This document shows positions 54,086-64,000 of a stretch of 64,000 bases of DNA, piece by piece. This DNA comes from Chiloscyllium plagiosum (lineage: Eukaryota). The DNA lies in assembly GCF_004010195.1 (NCBI RefSeq), contig NC_057734.1, positions 24,320,725 to 24,384,724 of the forward strand. Direction: 5' to 3'. The notes beneath the pieces are model-generated. The model was given only the letters and a program-made list of their open reading frames with translations, was not told where the DNA came from and ran no database searches. How positions within the stretch are numbered: the first letter of the stretch is position 1; every line of letters starts with the position of its first letter. The position numbers and the translations under genes were made by a program.

Positions 54086-54419
54086 AGCTTGCCCCTAGTG
54101 AATACATTGTTGAAATAATTCTTGATGTCTTTATTAATTAACTTCAGACTGAATTTAATGTGGTTAGGTAAATGGAATCCAGTGAATGAACATGTGGTTT
54201 CCTCAATGGAATCGAGTATATTAATTTAATTTGAGTTCAGTAAATTCAAAACACCAGAGAAATTGGATCACAAAGTCAACAAACTGAGCAAAATGGAATG
54301 TAAGTGTTTCTCACTCTCTGTGATGCACCTGAATCATCAATAGCCATATATTCTCCCACCTCCAATTACTCACAATATTCCCTTCCCATACAGTGACCCC
54401 TTTATTGCTTTGTGCTCTT

Positions 54420-55360
54420 AGAGTCATAGATAGAGTCATAGAGATGTACAGCATGGAAACAGACCCTTCGGTCCAACCTGTCCATGCCAGCCAGATATCC
54501 CAACCCAATCTAGTCCCACCTGCCAGCACTCGGCCCATATCCCTCCAAACCCTTCCTATTCATATACCCATCCAAATGCCTCTTAAATGTTGTAATTGTA
54601 CCAGCCTCCACCACATCCTCTGGCATCTCATTCCATACATGTACCACCCTCTTGTCCCTTGGGTCTCGTTTATATCTTTCCCCTTTCACCCTAAACCTAT
54701 GCCCTCTGGTTCTGGACTCCCCTACCCTTGGGAAAAGACTTTATCTATTTACCCTATCCATGTCCATCATAATTTTGTAAACCTGTATAAAGGTCACCCA
54801 TCAGCCTCCGATGCTCCAGGGAAAACAGCCCCAACCTGTTTAGCCTCTCCCTATAGCTCAAATCCTCCAACCCTGGCAACATCCTTGTAAGTCTTTTCTG
54901 AGCCCTTTCAAGTTTCACAACATCTTTCCGATAGGAAGGAGACCAGAATTGCACACAATATTCCAACTGTGGCCTAACCAATGTCCTGTACAGCTGCAGC
55001 ATGACCTCCCAACTCCTGTACTCAATACTCTGACCAATAAAGGAAAGCATACCAAACGCCTTCTTCACTATCCTATCTACCTGCGACTCCACTTTCAAGG
55101 AGCTATGAACCTGCACTCCAAGGTCTCTTTGTNNNNNNNNNNNNNNNNNNNNNNNNNNNNNNNNNNNNNNNNNNNNNNNNNNNNNNNNNNNNNNNNNNNN
55201 NNNNNNNNNNNNNNNNNNNNNNNNNNNNNNNNNNNNNNNNNNNNNNGCCTCCAGTCTGAAAAACAACCCTCCACCACCACCCTCTGTCTTCTACCTTTGA
55301 GCCTGTTCTGTATCCAAATGGCTAGTTCTCCCTGTATTCCATGAGATCTAACCTTGCTCT
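54420..55360 (-). mobile_element. CR1 LINE 3' part (contains gap 55133-55246)
   Basis: QRDLGVQVHSSLKVESQVDRIVKKAFGMLSFI...LEYCVQFWSP, tail (ctatgact). Confidence 0.92.
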
Positions 55361-57325
55361 TCCTTAAATATCCTCCTCCCAAATCCTCAATTCTTCAATT
55401 ACCAACTGCCCTCTGTCCTTCACAGATGTATCACACTTCCCTTGAACTATCCCCAAAACATCATCTAAATACACAATGAAAAATCTTTCCCAAACACTTT
55501 CTCCCATTACAAACTTGAGGTTATTTCCATTTCATGCTATATTTGTTTAGTTCATCTCAGAAATGAGAAGTTCTATCATTAGAATCCATACAAACTTAAG
55601 TAGGTATGTGTATAATTGACACAAATGACAAACATTTATATATGTGTACCTGACTGTGATGATACTTGCACAAGGACACTTTTAATAAAAGGTCTTCCAA
55701 TGCAAATGATATATTACAAGATAATTGTGTATTTGGTTTCTGGAATACATGCTCAAGAGCTTCCAATATTTAGTTTGACTATACTAATCTGTCATTTTTC
55801 TTCACACAAAGATATTGGCTGCATCAGATTTCTACTAAATATTTCTGAAGTTTATAGATATCTAGAGCTCACCTCAAACTATATTTTAAGTCCATTGTGA
55901 CATTATAAACTTTAAGAACTTTGTTCATGGATTGAAAGAATCAAAAGATAAACTGTTACACATGAAGAGATTTGCAACAACAGTTTGGAACAAGCTGTCA
56001 CATAGGGGATTTAAAACAATTAGCCATGCCTGGAAAAAAAAAGGAGTGAGGGCTACATGAATCAAATTGTTTTGGCACCTGCTTGATAACTGGCTGTTTT
56101 ATGTGAAAAATGATTACCCTGCTGAAAAATTTAAGGAATTAATTGCAAGACAATCTTCAAAAACAGATACAGTTAAGGTCAAATGTAACAAGGAACTTCT
56201 GATAAGGAAGCAAGATGCAGATACTGATGCCAGAAAGTGAAAGTTCATCAATAACGTCACACCATAGACCTAAAGGATGAGAAATTGGATACGAATTCAA
56301 CACCAGAACTCATCAGCAGAACTTAAAAAAAAATAGCACAAGGATCAAAACCTGGACCCAACAGACACTGTTGGAAGTGTAGCTGAATTCTACCATTAAT
56401 CGGTTAATAGCTAAGTTGAGTTGTGAGGCTTAACTTGCTTATTTAAGAGGTCTTATTTTGGTTGCTACGTGCAATTAAGTTTCACTTATTGTTTCAGTAC
56501 TTGAGAGATTTCTTAAGTAGCTAAATTAAAGATAGCTTATGGTGATTTACCTACAACCCCTCATACATTAACTATTCTTTTTGTGATATTCAATGGCCTT
56601 ACAACAGCTGAACCCCCAACCCCTTCAACTCTCAGGTGTGAAATAATGACCAGAAACTTAATTAGACCTGTCAGCTAAAAACTGTGGTAATAGAATTTAC
56701 CCAAGTCCATTAATTATCACATTGAGATGTACTTATCAAATTTTGAATTTGTTTTATCAATTATTGGCCAGAGCAATGGAAGTAAAAATTATAACAGACG
56801 TTGGCTATAACCACACTGGCTCCAAGTGTAAGGTATTAACTGGAACAATAAAGCAGTATTATTTTAGTATTTGAGCTGGTCAAGATCATCCTGTTCATTT
56901 TGTTTAATTGTTAAGCAGTTATTGAAATCAAGATGGCTATTGTCAGGTTGAGGTTTGAAGGAAAAGTCCTACAAAAGTTTTAAAAAGCATTCTGAATGTC
57001 ATGTGACATAATTCTAGATACATAATAACAGTAAACAACCCCTCTAAATTCAGAATATATTTCTGACAGCTAGAAGGATGTTTTCAGAGACAAGTTTGAC
57101 CAATCTACAGGAAACTAGGTAGTTTGAATTTGTCTAGTCATAAAAATTAACTATAATTGATGTCTGATGGAACAACATTTGCAGCTGAATCATAAGGAAT
57201 TATTTCAACTATGCTTAATTTTTAATGTGGTCAGAAGAGGCTGATTATTCTGCAGCAATTAATTCAACTCCTGACATTCTTCCCTGACCCTTTGATTTTG
57301 GATTGCATGGGTAATTTATTGAACT

Positions 57326-57879
57326 AAGAGATGGAAATGTGTTGCTGGAGAAGCGCAGCAGGTCAGGCAGCATCTAGGGAACAGGAGAATCGACGTTTCG
57401 GGCATTAGCCCTTCTTCAGGAATGAGGAAAGTTTGTCCAGCAGGCTAAGATAAAAGATAGGGAGGAGGGACTTGGGGGAGGGGCATCGGAAATGTGATAG
57501 GTGGAAAAAGGTCAAGGTGAGGGTGATAGGACAGATTGGGGTGGGGGCGGTGTCCCAGAGGTGTTCTCTGAAACTCTCCGCAAGTAGCCGGCCTGTCTCC
57601 CCAATATAGAGGAGGCCATATCGGGTGCAGAGGATGCAATAGATGATTGTGTGGAGGTGCAGGTGAATCTGTGGCGGGTATGGAAGTTTCCTTTGGGGCC
57701 TTGGAGGGAGGTGAGGGGGGAGGTGTGGGCGCAAGTCTTGCACCTCCTGCGGTTGCAGGGGAAGGTGCCGGGAGTGGAGGTTGGGTTGGTGGGGGGTGTG
57801 GACCTTACGAGGGAGTCACGGAGGGAGTGGTCTTTACGGAATGCTGATAGGGGAGGGGAGGGAAATATATCCTTGAAGA
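57326..57879 (-). mobile_element. Penelope-like (Neptune-type) 3' fragment with intact minimal hammerhead core
   Basis: FPCNRRRCKTC and IIYCILCTRYGLLYIGETGR (GIY-YIG), with an internal deletion. TSD ttattgaact at 57316-57325 / 57880-57889. Confidence 0.9.
57387..57424 (-). ncRNA. Minimal hammerhead ribozyme motif
   Basis: CAUUC-CUGAAGA-A-GGGC-UAAU-GCCC-GAAA-C-GUC-GAUUC. All core nucleotides present, stem III reduced to the ACGU palindrome. Confidence 0.7.
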
Positions 57880-58579
57880 TTATTGAACTGCATGGCACCT
57901 TAAAGAGGCTACAAGACTTGCACAGGGCTCCTGAATTGCTGCATAGCCCCGTGGCTTAAATGGAACTGGTTATAGACCAGGCCAAACCCCCTCAAAATAT
58001 AAGCTAATCTAGACCCTAACATTTTCTTATTTTAAAAAGGTAAGCATTAAGTGTTGCATTCCAGATGCAATTCAACTGGTCAAACTACTCAGCTTTAAGC
58101 AAACACTTTTTATACTCCTGTTAAAAATACAAAGAAACAGGCTTAACTGTTTAAAATAATATATTAACTGCTAACTATCTGTTCCAATATAGAAACATCC
58201 CATAAACACATTCTTTATAAAGGCAAATTCAGTAAAACAGACTGTCTCACACACCATTCTAGGAAAAAGGAAGAGAACTCCAGCTTTTAGCTGTAACCGA
58301 GAGAAACAAGAGCTTTCATATTCAGCTTCAAGACCCCAGCAACTGCAAAAAGCTAAAGAACTAAAATTCCTGGTTCTGTGAGAGCTTGGCCACACTCATT
58401 CAGGCTGCTTCTATTGTTCCGACATGTTTTTTAAAAAAAACTCCAAGGTCTCACAAGCTGTTTATTTTGTTGACTTTGAGCAGACTGCTTGGTACTTCTG
58501 TCTTGACCTTTCTTCATAAAGAGAAAAACCAGGACAAAATACACCTCTTAAAGCCATAATATTGTCATAATCCTTCCTC

Positions 58580-59345
58580 TTGAAACCTCAAAGTTTATTC
58601 ACCATCTACAAAGCACAAGTCAGGAGTCTGATGGAATACTTTACACTTGCCTGGATGAGGTCAGTTCTAACAATACTAAAGAAACTCAATGCAATTCAGG
58701 ATCAAGGAGCTCTTTTCTCTCACCTTAAATATTCACTCCTCCTACTAACACCAGCATATAGTAGCAGCAATTTGTCAAGGCTTCTACTGCCTAGACGAAC
58801 AAGTTTCCTCCAAATTAACTAATTCTTCCAGGAGATGTGGGTTTTGCTAGTAATACCAGCATGTGTTGCCCATACCTAAATGCCCTTGAACTGAGTGGCT
58901 TGCTGAGCCATTACAGAAGGCAGCTAAATGCTAACCATATCATTATGTATCTGGAGTCATCAGCAAATTTCCTCCCTAAAGAGCATTAGTGAACAAGATG
59001 GATTTTTTCAACAATCAGGAATCATTTCATGATCACTATTCTGAGACCAGCTCCTTTATGTTCCAGATTTGTTAACCAATTTAATTTCCATCAATTGCTG
59101 TGGTGGGATTTGCATTTAAATTCTTGGAGCATTAGCTTAGCCTCTGGATTAGTAAACAAGTGACTTTACTATTACACTAGCATCTCCCTGAATTACAGAT
59201 AATCCTATTTTGGAACTATATTGCCACTGACTCAAAATTCTTTAATCCCTGCCTAATAGCAGTGGTTAGACTGCAACATCTTTTTAATGGCAGTTAGGGT
59301 TGGGCAATAAATGCTGGCCTTGCCAGTGATATCCACATTCTATGA
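58580..59345 (+). mobile_element. Old LINE 3' fragments with interleaved SINE-like remnant
   Basis: IYKAQVRSLMEYFTLAWM motif. Tail ggcaataaatgctggccttgccagtgatatccacatt, also seen degenerate near 9200 and 21760. Confidence 0.5.
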
Positions 59346-59792
59346 GTTTTTAAAACTTCATAGAATTACATTTAGTTTATAATCAAGATTTAGGAATTGA
59401 GATTACACTGGCACTTTGTTAACGTTATTCACTGAACATAAACCGTTACAGACACAATAATCAGATGAATTGATTCCATCTGCAGTTCAGACTGACAATC
59501 CTAGATGAATCATTGTCTGTTAGATGCTAGGGGAGACTGAAAAAGATTATTTAAAGAGCAGGGGAGCAATCACCGTGGAGCTTGCTGTAAAGTACAGACC
59601 TGAAATATGAAACTGGGAGTTTAGGAAGTGAGTTTCGAGGCAGGTTTTCACAAATGGTGACTTCAAAATGATTTCCTTAGCTATATAATAGAATTAGAAA
59701 GTGCAGAGATATCTATGCAAGGCCGAATGTGTGATGACAGGAGTGAACAATATTGTTTCACATGATCTGGCAGCACCTGTGAAATGAAGTCT

Positions 59793-59968
59793 GGGTTAAC
59801 GTTTTGGGTCTGGTCACCCATCCTCAGAACCTTAGATCCTTTTGGGGAATAGTCACTGGAACTGAAGCACTAACTCTGATTTCTCTCCACAGATGCTGGC
59901 AAACCTGCTGAGCTTTTCCAGCAATTTCTGGTTGTTTCTGATTTACAGCATCTGCAGTTCTTTTGGTT
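59793..59968. mobile_element. Fold-back PLE terminal-repeat element (family of 25118-25328)
   Basis: Minus strand GGTT-CTGAGGA-T-GGGT-gaccag-ACCC-aAAA-CGTT-AACC. Plus arm shares the tail with 22020-22240. Confidence 0.7.
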
Positions 59969-59989
59969 TCCATTTCACATGGTACTGGC

Positions 59990-61427
59990 TGAAAATGTGT
60001 TGCTGGAAAAGCGCAGCAGGTCAGGCAGCATCCAGGGAACAGGAGAATCGACGTTTCGGGCATAAGCCCTTCTTCAGGAATGAGGAAAGTTTGTTCAGCA
60101 GGCTAAGATAAAAGGTAGGGAGGAGGGACTTGGGGGAGGGGCGTCGGAAATGTGATAGGTGGAAAGAGGTCAAGGTGAGGGTGATAGGTCAGACTGGGGT
60201 GGGGGCAGAGAGGTCAGGAAGAAGATTGCAGGTTAGGAAGGCGGTGCTGAATTCGATGGATTTGACTGAGACAAGGTAGGGGGAGGGGAAATGAGGGAAC
60301 TGGTGAAATCCGAGTTCATCCCTTATGGTTGGAGGGTTCCTAGGCGGAAGATGAGACGCTCTTCCTCCAACNNNNNNNNNNNNNNNNNNNNNNNNNNNNN
60401 NNNNNNNNNNNNNNNNNNNNNNNNNNNNNNNNNNNNNNNNNNNNNNNNNNNNNNNNNNNNNNNNNNNNNNNNNNNNNNNNNNNNNNNNNNNNNNNNNNNN
60501 NNNNNNNNNNNNNNNNNNNNNNNNNNNNNNNNNNNNNNNNNNNNNNNNNNNNNNNNNNNNNNNNNNNNNNNNNNNNNNNNNNNNNNNNNNNNNNNNNNNN
60601 NNNNNNNNNNNNNNNNNNNNNNNNNNNNNNNNNNNNNNNNNNNNNNNNNNNNNNNNNNNNNNNNNNNNNNNNNNNNNNNNNNNNNNNNNNNNNNNNNNNN
60701 NNNNNNNNNNNNNNNNNNNNNNNNNNNNNNNNNNNNNNNNNNNNNNNNNNNNNNNNNNNNNNNNNNNNNNNNNNNNNNNNNNNNNNNNNNNNNNNNNNNN
60801 NNNNNNNNNNNNNNNNNNNNNNNNNNNNNNNNNNNNNNNNNNNNNNNNNNNNNNNNNNNNNNNNNNNNNNNNNNNNNNNNNNNNNNNNNNNNNNNNNNNN
60901 NNNNNNNNNNNNNNNNNNNNNNNNNNNNNNNNNNNNNNNNNNNNNNNNNNNNNNNNNNNNNNNNNNNNNNNNNNNNNNNNNNNNNNNNNNNNNNNNNNNN
61001 NNNNNNNNNNNNNNNNNNNNNNNNNNNNNNNNNNNNNNNNNNNNNNNNNNNNNNNNNNNNNNNNNNNNNNNNNNNNNNNNNNNNNNNNNNNNNNNNNNNN
61101 NNNNNNNNNNNNNNNNNNNNNNNNNNNNNNNNNNNNNNNNNNNNNNNNNNNNNNNNNNNNNNNNNNNNNNNNNNNNNNNNNNNNNNNNNNNNNNNNNNNN
61201 NNNNNNNNNNNNNNNNNNNNNNNNNNNNNNNNNNNNNNNNNNNNNNNNNNNNNNNNNNNNNNNNNNNNNNNNNNNNNNNNNNNNNNNNNNNNNNNNNNNN
61301 NNNNNNNNNNNNNNNNNNNNNNNNNNNNNNNNNNNNNNNNNNNNNNNNNNNNNNNNNNNNNNNNNNNNNNGCTGATAGGGGAGGGGAGGGAAAACGGAAT
61401 GCTGATAGGGGAGGGGAGGGAAAACAC
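59990..61427 (-). mobile_element. Young Penelope-like (Neptune-type) insertion spanning gap 60372-61370
   Basis: Near-identical terminus to the 57326 copy, LEEERLIFRLGTLQP. TSD catggtactggc at 59978-59989 / 61428-61439. Confidence 0.88.
60045..60082 (-). ncRNA. Minimal hammerhead ribozyme motif
   Basis: CAUUC-CUGAAGA-A-GGGC-UUAU-GCCC-GAAA-C-GUC-GAUUC. Confidence 0.7.
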
Positions 61428-61899
61428 CATGGTACTGGCATCAGGGACAGTTGGAAATAAGACTATGAGAATAGAATAAATGTAAACAGATACTGTGCTG
61501 TACTGGACACTATTGGACATTAGAGCAGGAGGGAATCCAATTCTCAATGTAGATTCAGCTAATAGTGAAGGGAGAAATTAATAAGAGTAGTATTCATGTA
61601 AAAAGCCATTTGGCAAGAGGTACATAACGTACAAGGGTAAAACCTAAATGACTGGATGAAATAGAGGGGAAAGATTGAAGGAAAGGGAAGGTACACTCCG
61701 AACAAAACTCATCGGGTGAAGAAGCAATTTTTAAAATCGCAAGAGGCAGTTAAAATGCAATAGCCGAGTGTGGAAAATAAACTAGAAGCAATCGTTAGTC
61801 TTCTTTGCATTAACGAAATTTGGCTCCAAAGTGGATGAGGAAGGAAAATTGGCATTCGCTCATTTTTGGTTTAAAACTTATTGCGACTCATATCAAAAA

Positions 61900-62600
61900 A
61901 GTATTTACTGTACAAGGTAACCAGGTTTGTCATCTCGGGCTCTGCTCAGAAAGCAGGAGCAGAGGGATGTTTCTCCAGATTGTCCAATAACCAAACAGCT
62001 CCAGGTCTCCCCACATACCTCCTCAACCACACACGGTGTGAAAGAAGCGTCAACTCTAAGGAGTTCGCACAAAGAAACTGTCAAACCAAATTTACAGGTT
62101 GGAGAATCCGCTGAGGAAGACTCGGAAAAGCGGAAGGAAACGATCCGAGTTCGGGAAAAACGTGAACAGGATTCAGGTCAAAGTGCATTTAACGAACGAA
62201 GGAGATTCTGAGCAAGAAACTTTCCCTTCCTTTCCAAAATCGTTATCCTTGTAAGTACATTATGGAGAGGTTTCTCCGTTTCATGAGTGACTTTAGTCAG
62301 AGCTCACTGTTTTGATGGGACTTTCTATAAATCCGCTCCTTTTTGCTGTTTGTGGTAAGAGCTCGGAGCAGAGGAAACGGGGTTTGACAAATTGTTTGGA
62401 ATAAGCAGCAAGTCACGCGCTCGCAGGTTCTCAGGGAAAAGCAATTGCAAAGGCTGTCTTTCAAACACTTTTTTTAAAAACTCAGGGATCCAGTTGATCT
62501 CAGATCACTCGGGAACCCGATCCAGTCTCCACCTTGAGACTCAGCGTTCAAACTGTGATCCTCAACAGCGAGAAACGCAATCCCTCACCCCTCTTCCAAC
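61900..62600 (+). promoter_or_regulatory. Probable HVCN1 promoter and non-coding first exon region
   Basis: CpG-enriched non-repeat patch 1.1-1.8 kb upstream of the coding exon, with CCAAT at 61984 and candidate donors GTAAGT 62251 and GTAAGA 62355. Confidence 0.5.
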
Positions 62601-62900
62601 TCCAGTCCTCCTCTTCCTTTCTCCTTCCATCTCCCCTAAACCCCCACCCCTTTTCCTCTCCCCCACCCCACCCCACCCCCACCCCTTTTCCTCTCCCCCA
62701 CCCCACCCCTTTTCCTNNNNNNNNNNNNNNNNNNNNNNNNNNNNNNNNNNNNNNNNNNNNNNNNNNNNNNNNNNNNNNNNNNNNNNNNNNNNNNNNNNNN
62801 NNNNNNNNNNNCCTTCCCCTCTCCCCAACTCCCATCCCATTCCCTCTCCCCTGCCTCCACCCCTTTCCCTCTCCCCTTTCCTGCCTCCCTTCACCCCATT
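62580..62900. repeat. C/T-rich low-complexity tract (contains gap 62717-62811)
   Basis: ccccacccc / ttttcctctccccc repeats. A similar tract follows PPP1CC exon 1 (26500-26810). Confidence 0.85.
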
Positions 62901-63730
62901 TTGTAAATTCCTTTTCTCTGTAAAGCCTCAGATAGGAAAACAATCCTAACTTCAATCTATCGTCAAAACTGAAAGTTCTGATAATTTACCATCCAGGGTT
63001 TTCCCCATCTCTTTTGGGAGATCCTGCCTCCAATGCCACTTATTCTCCAAGTTAGGATTGTTCTCCTTGGATGAAAGATTGCTGAAGGATAACCTAGTCC
63101 GGGAGAAATCAGTCCAGCTGAGAGTTGTATCAAGAGCCAAAGGGCTCAGATTTAAAATTATTTACCATAAGGGAAAATGTAAGCTGAGAAAATTTTTTCT
63201 ATGTTGCAAGTAATTAGGGTCTGGACTGACCTGCATGGGAGAGTGGCAGAGGCAGGTTCAGTTGAGGTATTTGAGAGGGTGTTTGATGCTTATTTGGACA
63301 AAAATCATATCCAAGGGTATAGTGAAAAAGTAGACGATTGGCATTAGGTAAAGCTCATTTTATGATGGACAGAATGACCTCCTTCTGCACTAGAACTCAT
63401 AATTTATTTCACACAAACACCCAATTATTTTGCACATTACAAAGATCTCAATTCATGATGTGATTTTTTAAATATCGCTTTACACTTTGAAATGGCTTTG
63501 GAAAGGTTTAGAGGTTACAAAGTGAATGTGAATTGTTCAGAGCTGTTTGTTGTTATTGACTATTGTAATCATTATGTGATCTGGATATTCTTTTAGAGCA
63601 CAATATAATCTCAAACCAGAATCGCTGTTGAACTTTTTTGTCATATTCTGGAGGTATGTTCACACATTTTAAATAATTTTATCACCTAGTTTTTTAATAG
63701 GACTGATATTTTTGTAAAAGCATTCCACTG

Positions 63731-63895
63731 ATGGCAAACTTCCTAAAATACTTCACCACCGTGGGCGATGATTACCAAAAGTGGCAAGAGGAGGACAGCC
63801 ATGATGATCTAACAGATGCTAATGAAGAAAACCTTCCATCTGGATTATCTTTCAGGGATGCTCTCAAATGGTTATTTAATTCAAACAATTTTCAG
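63731..63895 (+). CDS. HVCN1: Voltage-gated proton channel Hv1, first coding exon (gene continues beyond window)
   Basis: MANFLKYFTTVGDDYQKWQEEDSHDD...LSFRDALKWLFNSNNFQ resembles the Hv1 N-terminus (human MSKFLRHFTVVGDDY...FRGMLRKLFSSHRFQ). Acceptor at 63700, donor CAG|GT at 63896, and HVCN1 lies downstream of PPP1CC in human. Confidence 0.9.
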
Positions 63896-64000
63896 GTACC
63901 ATCTTAGATTTAATACTAATAGATATTCAACAGTTGTACTGCATGTCACTTAAGCAATATAATTTCTAAAATTATCTTTCAATTCATAAGCAATAAAATT

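Noticed and set aside
57966-58570. Possible solo LTR (also 7394-8175 and 55897-56606)
   Set aside because: TG...CA-like ends are imperfect, and I could find no TSD or internal retroviral sequence.
60189-61547. Long ORFs of 372-452 aa
   Set aside because: They span a 1-kb N gap inside a Penelope insertion.
61927-62211. 94-aa charged ORF upstream of HVCN1
   Set aside because: Non-ATG start, stops before the candidate donor, and no similarity to Hv1. More likely 5' UTR or promoter.

Overview
AT-rich, repeat-dense vertebrate DNA, very probably a shark or other elasmobranch (HE1-type V-SINE, CR1/L1/Penelope repertoire), with four N gaps. It holds a complete 7-exon PPP1CC (PP1-gamma1, 323 aa, + strand, 26402-46681) and the first coding exon of HVCN1 (63731-63895, +). 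At the left edge there is a probable RFX-driven, minus-strand ciliary gene start, CCDC63 by synteny only. The rest is nested retroelements: a full-span decayed L1 inside a CR1, an internally deleted L1, many CR1/L2 pieces and several Penelope-like element (PLE) families. The most striking non-annotated signal is a recurring minimal hammerhead-ribozyme motif (CUGANGA + 1 nt + stem II + GAA + 4-nt palindrome ACGU/AGCU + H). It occurs in about five distinct PLE terminal-repeat families, several of them short fold-back insertions with target-site duplications (TSDs). There is also a candidate frame-preserving extra exon in PPP1CC intron 1. Family names and cross-species comparisons come from recall of known sequences, not from searches, and repeat boundaries without a TSD are approximate.
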